Assembly: GCF_006345805.1 (NCBI RefSeq)
Contig: NW_021825956.1
Coordinates: 1 to 13,971 of the forward strand
DNA: 13,971 bases
Source: Octopus sinensis
Lineage: Eukaryota
Reading direction: 5' to 3'
How positions within the stretch are numbered: position 1 is the stretch's first letter; every line of letters starts with the position of its first letter. The notes beneath the pieces are model-generated. The model worked only from the letters and a program-made list of their open reading frames with translations. It ran no database searches and had not been told where the DNA came from. Both the position numbers and the translations under genes were made by a program. Shown in pieces: positions 1 to 9,534 of this stretch.

Positions 1-365
1 AGCACATACACATACACACACACAACCACCTTACAGACCACGTACACACACATACACGCACACATACACGCACACATGTACATACACACATTCGCACACA
101 TACACGCTGCGTGCATGCAGACACACACACGCTCTCCCACGCGCACATACACGCATACACAGATATGTATGCACACATTCGCACTCACACATACCCACAT
201 ACATTTACACACATGCACATACAGACACACACATACAGACACACACACATACATGCACACGCATACAGACACACACACATACATGCACACGCATACGCAT
301 ATACATTTATACACACACACACACACACGCATGCGCTTCCATAAGAACACGCATACACATACGCA
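1..365. repeat. Compound (CA)n/(CATA)n microsatellite, including a 30-bp higher-order duplication at about 233-296
   Basis: Continuous CA/TA/CG dinucleotide variants. 241-270 'acacacacatacatgcacacgcatacagac' is repeated almost in full from 271. Confidence 0.95.
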
Positions 366-383
366 CAGAGTATGTCTTAATAC

Positions 384-732
384 TGAGCGTTTGCGTGGTC
401 GAACAGTTAAGGAGTTCGCTAAGGAATCAAGAGGGCTTGGTTTCGATTCCACTGCCTGACAACTCCGATATGTAGTTTTTTTTACTACAGCTTCGGGCCG
501 ACTTATGTCTTGTGAGTGAAATTGGGTTAACGGAAACTAGAAGGCCTTAAAATGGGTTGTACAAAGGGCCAGTCCCGTAACAACCTGTGTCACGCTGATT
601 CCTCAACAAAATGACCTTGAGGGAACACGTGTCTGTGGAATACTCTGCCAGCAACTTACACGCTAATTCAATGACTAAGTAGTTCAATTGATGGGACAAC
701 TAAATACTCATGGTCGAAACTGACGGAGTCCC
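384..732 (+). mobile_element. Degenerate tRNA-derived SINE: family-A head/core joined to a family-B tail
   Basis: A-box-like tggtcgaacagtt (396-408) and B-box ggtttcgattcc (439-450). 484-543 matches the core at 11693-11755 (tacta(c/t)agcttcgggccgac...ttgtgagtg). 620-731 matches the reverse complement of 4507-4618 (aggg(a/t)acacgtgtctgtgga...acttacacgctaatt...gacggagt). Confidence 0.8.
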
Positions 733-745
733 ATTTATTATGCAA

Positions 746-887
746 TATCTATCTATCTATCTATCTATCTGTCTGTCTGTCTGTTAGTCTGTCTGTTCTG
801 TCTGTCTATCTATCTGTCAGTCAGTCAGTCTGTCTGCATGTCTATCTATCTATCTAGCTATCTGTCTGTCTGTCTGTCTGCCTATTA

Positions 888-931
<44 letters not shown>

Positions 932-953
932 GTCTGTTTGTCTGTCTGCCTGT

Positions 954-987
<34 letters not shown>

Positions 988-1000
988 GCCTGTCTATCTC

Positions 1001-1070
<70 letters not shown>
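746..1070. repeat. Compound (TATC)n/(TGTC)n tetranucleotide microsatellite
   Basis: Read directly from the sequence. Confidence 0.97.
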
Positions 1071-1072
<2 letters not shown>

Positions 1073-1464
1073 AATAGGCGTGTGCGTGCACACACACACA
1101 CACACACACATACAAACGCAAAATTTAATTGTCACTTAAGTTCGTAGGCGAGGTTTCAGGATCTGGACTTCGGATGCTGAATTCAGTGTGCCAGACTAGT
1201 CGTCAGTTGCTCGTACTATAGACCATTGCATGATTAAATGTTATGTATAAACTGTTAAACTGTTTCTTTTGAATATATTTCTGGAAGATCTTTTTGAAAC
1301 AAACGACATGGTGGCTAATGGACAGACAGGCGGAAAGAACAAAGTCCGGAGATGTGCATGGGCGACTTCTGGTCTTCCATAAAACAACCTTACCCGGACT
1401 TGTGCCTGGGAGGGCAACTTTCTAGGTGCAACCCCATGGTCATTCATGGCCTAAAAGGGTCTCA

Positions 1465-1555
1465 GCACGTGTGTGTATGCCTCTCCCCACACATACACAC
1501 ACCTGTGCACAGACGTACACAAATGCGCAAGCATGCACATACCAACAATAAGGGT

Positions 1556-1586
<31 letters not shown>

Positions 1587-1913
1587 TGGTAGGCAGACGC
1601 TCATGTGTGTGTATTTGTATAAATCAATGCATACGTGCATATGCACATGTGTGCGCATGTTTGGCCTATCGTTGTTGCTTAGACCTCAAGACAACCCCCA
1701 ACGTGAAGATCTATAGTCAGAGACGTTTCCAGCTGAGAACATCGCGACGATTTTTTCGAAACTATATTTATTGGGTACTGCTCTTTTTTAAAAATTGAGT
1801 GTGTTGGTGTACTACTTATAACAGGTTGAGTGTCCACATAGAGGGTGTCATGTTAACACAAATTTGCATGCAGATTTCTGTTCATGCATGTATGAATGTC
1901 TATGCACATGGAG

Positions 1914-1950
<37 letters not shown>

Positions 1951-2075
1951 TACGTAGAAATATATGCACGTGAACAAAAACACACGCGTCTATTGTCTGT
2001 CTGTAAATGTGTATGTATATAAGTATGACAGCGCCATTGTCCACCATACACACACACATACCCACACACACACCC
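1465..2075. repeat. Patchy (GT)n/(CA)n microsatellites with short unique spacers
   Basis: Pure GT runs at about 1555-1582 and 1915-1946 with degenerate CA/GT flanks. Confidence 0.85.
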
Positions 2076-2380
2076 TTGTCATCTCACACACCTTTTTTAC
2101 CATTCCTTCTTTGATTCAGCTCTCCTGTTTTTAAAAACATTTTCCTCCTTTTTTACCACTTCCGTCTTTTTTAGTATGTGACCTCGTGAAGACTACCTGC
2201 AATTTTTTTCCTCTGTCCTCCCGTCTCGGGATCTTTCTTTCTCCTATGTTTCCCGACGAAGAGCTCCGCTCGAAACGCCATACCCTCCTTCCTTCCCTTC
2301 TTTCCTGAGCGTCCAATAATCTTTATTTGTTCCACATCCTCGCGTTGTTGTCCCTTTTTGTTTTCTTGTTTTGGTTAACT
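2070..2380 (+). mobile_element. Pyrimidine-rich retroelement remnant (PLE-like terminal region) carrying a degenerate hammerhead
   Basis: T/C-rich segment containing ccgacga-a-gagc-tcc-gctc-gaaac and ending at a (TA)n tract. The PLE assignment and the boundaries are inferred from the HHR motif only. Confidence 0.5.
2248..2284 (+). ncRNA. Degenerate minimal hammerhead ribozyme, probably inactive
   Basis: CCGACGA (2253-2259), stem II GAGC/GCTC with loop tcc, GAAAC (2272-2276). It is followed by GCC instead of GUH, and stem I pairs poorly. Confidence 0.5.
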
Positions 2381-2426
2381 TTATATATATATATATATAT
2401 ATAATATATATATATTATATCATTAT

Positions 2427-3089
2427 TAATAGGGTTCAGCAAAGATTTGCTTTACCCCATACCGAAGTTTAGAAATAGCAGCCAAAGAACCTTAGCTATT
2501 TCCTCTACTTTAAAAAGAGACTCCCGGAAAAAACAAATTACTCGAAAACAATCCACGAAGGTAGAAAAATAACGAAAATCAATCGATATTAGATTACCCA
2601 TGTACGCGTTTCGGAATTAGATCGGTATAAAGAATGTTTAATTTATACTTTACCCGAGCATTTTCTTCGTCAGCATGGGACTTCACAATATTAAATTCGA
2701 AGGCACTGGAAGAACTGAACATATCTCTCCAACTAACGGTACCAGACAGATCATATTAAACGCCAGTACCGCCGAATTTAAAATATACGAATGAGGTTCA
2801 TCATCTTCCCCTGCCCATTCGCGTATGTCGTCAAGTAAAATACTACAGAAAAAAATCTGTAGTTTATTATCAGGGAGAAAATTATATTATCAATAATAAC
2901 AAAAGGTAAAATGAATTAATTGACAAGTAATCAATAATTTCACCAAGTAGCATTCGGCATGAAAAAGGACCATTTCACAGTAAACTGAAGTAATACTTTA
3001 TAATAGGGTTCAGCAAAGATTTGCTTTACCACATACGGAAGTTTAGAAAGAGCAGACAAAGAACCTTAGCTATTTCCTCTACTTTAAAA
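2427..3089 (-). mobile_element. Retrozyme-like / non-autonomous PLE-like element: 574-bp unit with 89-bp terminal direct repeats, set in (TA)n
   Basis: 2427-2515 and 3001-3089 are direct repeats with 4 mismatches in 89 bp (offset 574). There is an internal intact HHR at 2597-2679 (-), (TA)n on both flanks, and no ORF. Confidence 0.75.
2597..2679 (-). ncRNA. Type-I hammerhead ribozyme, minimal palindromic stem III; predicted cut GUA between 2603 and 2602
   Basis: Minus strand reads CCCATG-CTGACGA-a-GAA...TCGG...TAAAG/CTTTA...CCGA...TTC-c-GAAAC-GC-GT-A-CATGGG. Stem I is a perfect 6 bp (CCCATG/CATGGG), the core is canonical, and stem III is the palindrome ACGCGT. Confidence 0.88.
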
Positions 3090-3125
3090 TTATATATATA
3101 TATTATATATATATATATATATATA

Positions 3126-3556
3126 AATAATGAGGGTGAATAAAATTACTAGATATTAATTCAATAATCCCTTATTTTAAACACCAAGCGACCTAGCACA
3201 AAAAAACCGGGGACACAAATCAAGTACGATATATTATATCCGTAAAGTTAGAGAGTCAACTTTTTGAATATGTTAACTCTAGTGCTAGAAATAGGTCCTC
3301 GATCGGTAAAAGTCGCCGACGAAAATCCACATAGAAATAGCACCACAATCAACGCTATGAAATTAAATTACTACTAAATAATGGATTAATGTTGTACAAT
3401 TGTTTCTTCATTACCAAAATGCAGATTATACCTTACATAATTGTCTATGATTCATCAGCAACATTTGTCAATATAATTGATCAGACCCTTACAAGCGACG
3501 ATTCTCATATGGTCCGATCAATTACATTCTGTTGTAGTTACAAATTTCCCGCCGAA
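3126..3556 (-). mobile_element. Second HHR-bearing AT-rich element (PLE-like terminal region, different family)
   Basis: Unique AT-rich segment bounded by microsatellites, with an HHR at 3388-3465 and an 18-bp hairpin at 3470-3528. It shows no similarity to 2427-3089 outside the HHR core. Boundaries are approximate. Confidence 0.55.
3388..3465 (-). ncRNA. Type-I hammerhead ribozyme, palindromic stem III; predicted cut GUA between 3395 and 3394
   Basis: Minus strand reads AATGTTG-CTGATGA-a-TCAT...ATTAT/ATAAT...ATGA-a-GAAAC-AATT-GT-A-CAACATT. Stem I is a perfect 7 bp, the core is canonical, and the palindrome is ACAATTGT (3396-3403). Confidence 0.87.
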
Positions 3557-3935
3557 ATATATATATACACGCACAAACACACACATACATACACTCACAC
3601 ACACACATATATATATACATGCGTGTGTGTATATATATGTCTATATACATGTATATATACGTGCGTGTGTGTGAGTGTATGTATGTGTGTGTTTGTGCGT
3701 GTGTGTGTGCGTGATCACTTTATACATATATAAACGCGTTTCGTTTGAGATTTTGTGTATGTGTTTGTGTTCGCAAACGCATGCATATGTGTGTGTGTGT
3801 ATCTCTGTGTGTATGTGTGCATTTGCATGTGTGTGTATGCGTGTGTATGTGTGTCTGTGTTTGTGTGTGTGTGTTTGTGTTTGTGTGTTTATACGTGCAA
3901 ATGCGCGTGAGTGCTTGCAAGTGTATATGCGTTGA
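3557..3935. repeat. Compound (TA)/(CA)/(GT) microsatellite
   Basis: Read directly from the sequence. Confidence 0.93.
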
Positions 3936-4294
3936 AACTTAGCTTATTGTCTGAAGAAGCTTAAATTTATTTTGTTCAAGTGTTTTTTTTTTTTTTTTAA
4001 ATCGTAATAAAGGGAGACAACTCAGCTCATCGTCAACTGAATTATGTAATTAAAATTTTTTTAGTTATTTTATTCATTCATTTTCGTAAATCTATTTCTT
4101 TAACTAGTTTCATTCATTAGACTGCGGCCATGCTGGGGCATCGCCTTGAAGAATTCCGATCGAATGAATTGACCTCAGTACTTTTAGTTTTTAAAATCTG
4201 ATTCTTCTTCTATCGGCTGGTTGTCAAGCGGTGGCTAAAGACAAGGACACGCATGCGCGCACACACACGTACACACACATACACATCTTTATAT

Positions 4295-4897
4295 GGCGGC
4301 TGTGTTGTAAGAACTTCCCAACCACATGGTTCTAGGTTCAGACCTATTGTGTGGCACCTTAGGCAACTGTCGTCTAGCACTGAGCCGACGGAAGCCTTGT
4401 GAGTGGATTTGGTAGATGGAAACTGAAAGAAGCCCACCGTGTATATGCACACACACACACACACACACACACACGCGCACACACACACATATCCTCTGCT
4501 CTGGAAGCACTCCGTCGGTTACGACGACGAGTGTTCCGGTTGATCCGATCAACGGAACAGCCTGCTCGTGAAATTAGCGTGTAAGTGGCTGAGCACTCCA
4601 CAGACACGTGTACCCTTAACGTAGTTCTAACCACTGGGCCATTGCGCCTCCACACACAGACACATATATGTATGTGTGTCTTTGTCTCTGTGTTTGTCCC
4701 ATTCCCACCGCTCGTTAACCGGTGTTGGTGTGTTTGCGTCCCCGTAACTTAGTGATTCAGGAAAACAGACCGATAGAATAAATACCAGGCTTTAGAAAAT
4801 ATGTTCTGGGGGTTGATTCGCTGGTTGACTAAAACCCTTCAAGGTGGTGTCCCAGCATGGCCGCAGTTAAATGTCCGAAACAAGAAGCGGATAAAAG
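4295..4897 (+). mobile_element. Family-A SINE (middle element): head/core 4295-4446, microsatellite linker, tail about 4675-4897
   Basis: ggcggctgtgttgtaag A-box-like, ggttcagacc B-box-like, core gccttgtgagtggatttggtagatggaaactgaaagaagccc. The tail gtccccgtaacttag...agaccgatag...cagcatggccgcagt...gaaacaag matches 11935-12085. ATAT occurs at both flanks (4291-4294 and 4898-4901). Confidence 0.88.
4504..4653 (-). mobile_element. Internally deleted family-B SINE (innermost element)
   Basis: The minus strand starts gtggaggcgcaatggcccagtggttag (a good A box) and jumps at about 4628 straight to aactacgttaagggtacacgtgtctgtgg..., a tail homologous to 620-731. No B box is present. Confidence 0.75.
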
Positions 4898-5164
4898 ATA
4901 TGATGCGCCTCTTTCATTTCCCCTCCACCAAATTCACTCACAAGGCTTTGGTCGATCCGGAACCATTGTAGAGGACACTTGTCCAGGGTCTTGCACAATG
5001 GGACTGAACCCAGGACTATGTCGTTGGGAATCAAACTTCTTACCACACAGCCATACCTCCCGAACATTTTTGACCTTATACTTCAATTAATTAAGTAATT
5101 AATTAATCGTCATTTGAGGAATATATTAAAACTTTTATTCCAAGAAAGGTCTTCGAAAGCATCT

Positions 5165-5375
5165 TGTTATCTGTCTGTTTTAGTCACTGAACTGCAGCCA
5201 TGCTGGAGCACCACCATGAACGGTTTTAGTCTAAAAAGGCGACCCCTGTACTTATATTCAAGTCTGGCATTTATTCTAGCGGTTGTCTTTTGCCGAACTA
5301 CTAAATTACAGGGATGTAAACAAACCAAGACCGAGTGTCAAGTCGTGTAGGTGGACAAAGTCGGACATAAAGATT

Positions 5376-5410
<35 letters not shown>

Positions 5411-5501
5411 GCACACACACACACGCACGCACGCACACACTCACTCACACAGACATGCGTATTCTACGAGCTTCTGTACATTTTCCGCCAATCAAATTCA
5501 C
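5165..5501 (-). mobile_element. 5'-truncated family-A SINE (core fragment 5458-5501, CA linker, tail 5165-5375)
   Basis: ctgcagccatgctggagcaccacc and ttttgccgaactactaaattacagggatgtaaac are reverse complements of the family-A tail. tacgagcttctgtacattttccgcc...aaattcac is the reverse complement of the core end. Confidence 0.78.
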
Positions 5502-6200
5502 ATATTTTGACTTCTAAAGGCAGCTTCACTACAATTATTGTGGAGGGAAAAAAATTCTCTCTTATGGCAATAAGATGTAAAAAAATACCCTACCTCCCTA
5601 GTGCTTTCTCCAACCAGATTCCCAGATGTGTCTGGCTCTTTAGCTTTCCTTGATGGGAAATACCGGAGAGAGATATACTCTGGACAGATTCAAAGCCGTA
5701 GCTTCAGCTAAAAGCACTCAACATCAGCGACTGAATTGCGCTCATCGACCGCCCGGTAGGAATAAAAACAGCTGCACCAGAATCAAGAATTAATGGAGAA
5801 TAAACGAACTTTAGGTGAGTTAAAATATATTTGTGACACATTTCAGCTTCCAAAGGCAAATTTGTTGCAGTTACCATGGAGAAAAAAAATGTTCTCTTTT
5901 ATGGTTATTAAGGTGTAAAAATACCCCACCTCCGCAGTGCTCTTCCCGTACCGGATTCCCAGAGGCATTTCTGGCTCTTTAACCTTCTTCAATGGAAAAT
6001 AGCAAATAGAGATAACCGAAGGCAAAAACAAAATCGTAGCTTTATCTAAAAACAATCGGCGACTAAGTTGCACTCGTACACTGCTTTGTCGGAATAAAAA
6101 CAGCAAGCAGCATCAACGTGAAGCAGTGATTAATTAGGAATAAACAAATTTTTTGATTAATTAAAGTATGTTTGTGACATATTTTAACTCTTAAAAATAA
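5499..6200. repeat. Diverged tandem repeat, unit about 332-341 bp, about 2.1 copies
   Basis: Collinear anchors: aaaggca (5516/5852), tctggctcttta (5631/5970), ggaataaaaacagc (5759/6091), gaataaac (5798/6138), ttgtgaca (5831/6172). Confidence 0.85.
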
Positions 6201-6278
6201 ACTCACCGAAGACAATCCACTAGGGTATTGCTACTCAAAGTGGTGGTGTGCGGCCAGTTTCCAGAAAAGAAAGAAACA

Positions 6279-6314
6279 TTATAAAATGCTTACAAAATGC
6301 TTATAAAATGCTTA
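6279..6314. repeat. 11-bp tandem repeat TTA(T/C)AAAATGC x3
   Basis: ttataaaatgc ttacaaaatgc ttataaaatgc tta. Confidence 0.9.
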
Positions 6315-6553
6315 TGTAATATTGTATTACTTGTTTACAAAATAAATATAAGATTTAAAAAATTGTCAACTTTTATTATATTCATTATATACATCGGTGG
6401 TTTGTTGCCAACTTAATGTGGCATTCCCAGCAAAGGGAAGAATTCCACTGCTATTTAGCCCCAAGAAACACCGTTTCTAGTTGGCTACGTTACACAAGCG
6501 TTCTGCGTCCTTAAGTTTTCAGACTGGGGAGACGAAACATTTATAAATAGAAG

Positions 6554-6601
6554 ATCTTACAGCTGTTTCTGTGATAATTTATACATCCCTTCGTCGGAGA
6601 C
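6554..6601 (-). ncRNA. Minimal type-I hammerhead (U4C core variant), left arm
   Basis: Minus strand reads GTCT-CCGACGA-a-GGGAT...ATCAC-a-GAAAC-AGCT-GT-A-AGAT. The palindrome is ACAGCTGT, and stems I and II are imperfect. Confidence 0.68.
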
Positions 6602-6766
6602 GGTGTGAGAAAATAGTTAAGCAATAGTTAATTTAGATAAGATATGAAATAGAGAGTGAAGTGGAGGAATGAAAATAGATGTGAGATGTGCATATCTTAC
6701 ATCTATCTTCACTCTCTATTTCATTTTTTATCTAGAATAACTATTGCTTAACCATTCTCTCACACC

Positions 6767-6814
6767 GTCTCCGATGAAGAGATATAAAAAATATCCCGGA
6801 AACAGCTGTAAGAC
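6767..6814 (+). ncRNA. Minimal type-I hammerhead (U4C core variant), right arm; predicted cut GUA between 6810 and 6811
   Basis: GTCT-CCGATGA-a-GAGATAT-aaaaa-ATATCCC-g-GAAAC-AGCT-GT-A-AGAC. Stem I is 4 bp and the palindrome is ACAGCTGT (6802-6809). Confidence 0.78.
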
Positions 6815-7037
6815 CTTCTATTTATAAATGTTCTGAAATCATCACAGCCTTGGGTCTTTTTTTATCTCATTCTGAAAAAAAAATTTTGTATATACACTTG
6901 CTGATATATGACCTACATCGGACTCCTTGCTCGCATAATCACCAAACTTGGACCTTAACTATGATCTGTCCTTAGTACTTAATCAGCATTACCTGACACC
7001 TTTGGGTCTTATTGACACAATTACCTGTCATAACCTT

Positions 7038-7038
7038 A

Positions 7039-7099
<61 letters not shown>

Positions 7100-7208
7100 T
7101 ATAATATATATATACATATGTAATATATATATATATACATAGTATATATATATATATATAATATATATATATATATACATATGTATATATATATATATAT
7201 ATACATAG

Positions 7209-7242
<34 letters not shown>

Positions 7243-7272
7243 CATAGTATATATATATATATATAATATATA

Positions 7273-7317
<45 letters not shown>

Positions 7318-7515
7318 ATATACATATGTAAATATAATATATATATATATATTATATATATAATATATATACACACACAAGCATACATGTGAGTGTGCTT
7401 TGTGTGTGTGTGTGTGTGTATATATATGTGTGTATATATATATAGTGTCTGTATGTCTATTTATGTAAGTGCTTGTATGAATGTATGTTTGTGTGTGTGT
7501 GTGTGTGTGTGTTTA
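7038..7515. repeat. Long interrupted (TA)n followed by (TG)n microsatellite
   Basis: Read directly from the sequence. Confidence 0.97.
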
Positions 7516-7839
7516 TGTCCCCATATAATTACCAGTGTATGTACAACAAACACTAAGGTCACATAATCAGACGCATTCGTCAACCAAACAATGCTCCCAC
7601 CAACACCACAGAAACCCAAACCACCGTGAACATATTATAGACAACATCATCCCCGTCCCCACACTTTCTTCGACCTCATGCTTTCAGACCCCCCCCCCCC
7701 CACCCGCCCCCTCCAACGACACCCTCGGCAACACCTCCCCAACCCCTCCACAGTCTTAATTAACGATGCGGTCGTCCTGTCCTGTGGTTAGACATTCTGT
7801 CTATTGTCCCGAAGAAAGAGAGGATACTTTATTTGTACA

Positions 7840-9520
7840 CAAACACGCACGCACACACACACACACATACACGTACACACACACACACACACACACACGT
7901 GCACACACGCAGCAATGTGCATGCACGTATACACACACACGCGCACACAGATCAGCGCGTACATACTCATGCGCACACACCAATTTGCAGTCGCCAGCAA
8001 CACCACCACGACCATGAGCAGTATCAACACTATTGCCTATACTACAACGACTGTTACTATCCCTACCAACACCACCACAGCTACCACCACCAATACTAAC
8101 ACCTCATCATCATCATCATCATCATCATCACATCATCATCATCATCATCGTCGTCGTCGTCATCATCATCATCATCATCATTATCCCTACCACCATGATC
8201 ACCATCACCACAGCCATCATCACCATCATCACCACCACCATCACTACCACCATACCACGACCAACACTAGCATCTCCACCATTATCATCACCACCACTAT
8301 CCCCACCACCAGGACAATCACGACCACGCCCTTCCCCTCATCAAAACTAACGTGACTCTAAAATATCCACCACAACTACCACTACAGCCTTCAGCACCAC
8401 CACCGCCGGCCGCCGCTGCCGCCAACACCCACAACAACAACAGCAACAACAACATACCGCTATGCTTTACCGTTGCCATGACCATCACTCTCCACAATTA
8501 CCAATTACCTTTATCTTCATCATCTTCATCATCATCATCATCATCTTCTTCATGATCATCATCATGATCATCATCATGATCATCATCATCACCACCATCA
8601 CCATCATCATCATCATCATCATCATCTTCAATATTATCGTAATCCCCACTATGTCCACCACCACTATAACCACCAAAACCACCACCACCACCACGACCAT
8701 CACCACCATCACTACTACTACTACCACCAAATCACCTCTGTGCTGTATGATCACCGTAAACATCACTCTCCACTTAATTATCACCTACCACCAACACCAT
8801 CACCAGCACCACCACCACAATCGACATCATCTTCGACATCACCATCACCATAACCACCACCATCCTCACCACCAGCGCTACCATTTCCAGTATCCACCAC
8901 CACCAGGACCCACGACTATGCCATCCAACAACAAACCATTGTATGCAGGAAACACCCCGCCATCAAACGGCATTACCGTTTCTATGGCAACATACTATCA
9001 CCGAGACAACAACCAGTTAACGCTATCACTGCTAATTCAGCGTTATCATATCGCATCATCACCACCATCCTACATCACCGCAACCACTACCACCACTACT
9101 ACCACCGCCATCACAACCACCACCACCACCACCACCACCACCACAACAACCACCACCACAAACACTACCACCACCACAACTATGGCCAGCAGCAAAAGCA
9201 GCAGCAGCAGCACCACCACCACCACCACCATCAACGCCACCGTCACCACCACCGCCACACCCTAAGCAGGCACCACCACATCTACTACCGCTACCACTGT
9301 CGCCGCCACCATCACCACCACAATCACCACTACTATTACAACCATCGCAACCACTGCAGCCACAGCTACCAGTACCACCATCACCACTACAACACGACCA
9401 AACGTACTAACACCACCAGCACTACAACCCCTACAACACAATCACTACCATCACTAGTACCTCGACCATCACTATCATCATCATCGCCATCACAGAACAC
9501 CAGTCTCAGCAGCGAATCAC
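7840..9520. repeat. (CA)n followed by degenerate trinucleotide low-complexity tract (CAT/CAC/ACT/AAC)
   Basis: Continuous imperfect triplet repeats. The poly-H, poly-T and poly-I ORFs here are translations of these repeats. Confidence 0.92.
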
Positions 9521-9534
9521 CAAGGAAGACTATA

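Larger units (their letters stand above)
4088..5061 (-). mobile_element. Family-A SINE (outer element), split by a nested insertion: tail 4088-4250, head/core 4898-5061
   Basis: The reverse complement of 4898-5061 reads ggaggtatggctgtgtggtaag...gggttcagtccc...gccttgtgagtgaatttggtgg, homologous to 11605-11765. The reverse complement of 4088-4250 (cgcttgacaacc...ccgatag...cagcatggccgcagtc...gaaac) is homologous to 11900-12090, with an internal deletion. Confidence 0.8.
6536..6832. mobile_element. Foldback (long inverted repeat) element with a hammerhead in each arm
   Basis: 6536-6660 is the reverse complement of 6708-6832 (about 85% identity by eye). An inner palindrome at 6675-6706 closes the hairpin, with its apex at 6690/6691. 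Confidence 0.92.

Noticed and set aside
1141-1215. Minus-strand CTGACGA...TCTGG/CCAGA...GAAAC, a hammerhead look-alike
   Set aside because: There is no GUH after a paired or palindromic stem III, no stem I partner, and a 3x3 mismatch at the base of stem II. At best it is a heavily decayed relic.
1340-1465. Probable interspersed-repeat fragment
   Set aside because: It resembles a cephalopod repeat from memory only. There is no second copy or diagnostic motif in the window to support it.
1715-1760. Minus-strand GAAAC-GT-C with an ACGT palindrome
   Set aside because: No CUGANGA upstream (gcgatgt only) and no convincing stems I or II.
2842-2863. 8-bp hairpin actacaga/tctgtagt around an A run as a terminator
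   Set aside because: The context is eukaryotic and the hairpin is short and AT-rich. The T7 run on the minus strand could stop Pol III, but no promoter is evident.
3316-3345. CCGACGA...GAAAT on the plus strand
   Set aside because: No stem II pairing, no stem III and no cleavage triplet.
3932-3960. GAAAC followed by CTGAAGA (type-II order)
   Set aside because: There is no room for stem I and no stem II complement.
5843-6106. 87-aa minus-strand ORF in the tandem repeat as a real CDS
   Set aside because: It has a TTG start and no recognised homology. The equivalent frame in the other copy is interrupted, and the similarity is explained by DNA duplication.
6455-6530. gaaac-acc-gtttc hairpin with cccc/gggg flanks, a possible minus-strand HHR relic
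   Set aside because: The core reads CTGAAAA, stem II is unpaired and stem I is out of register.
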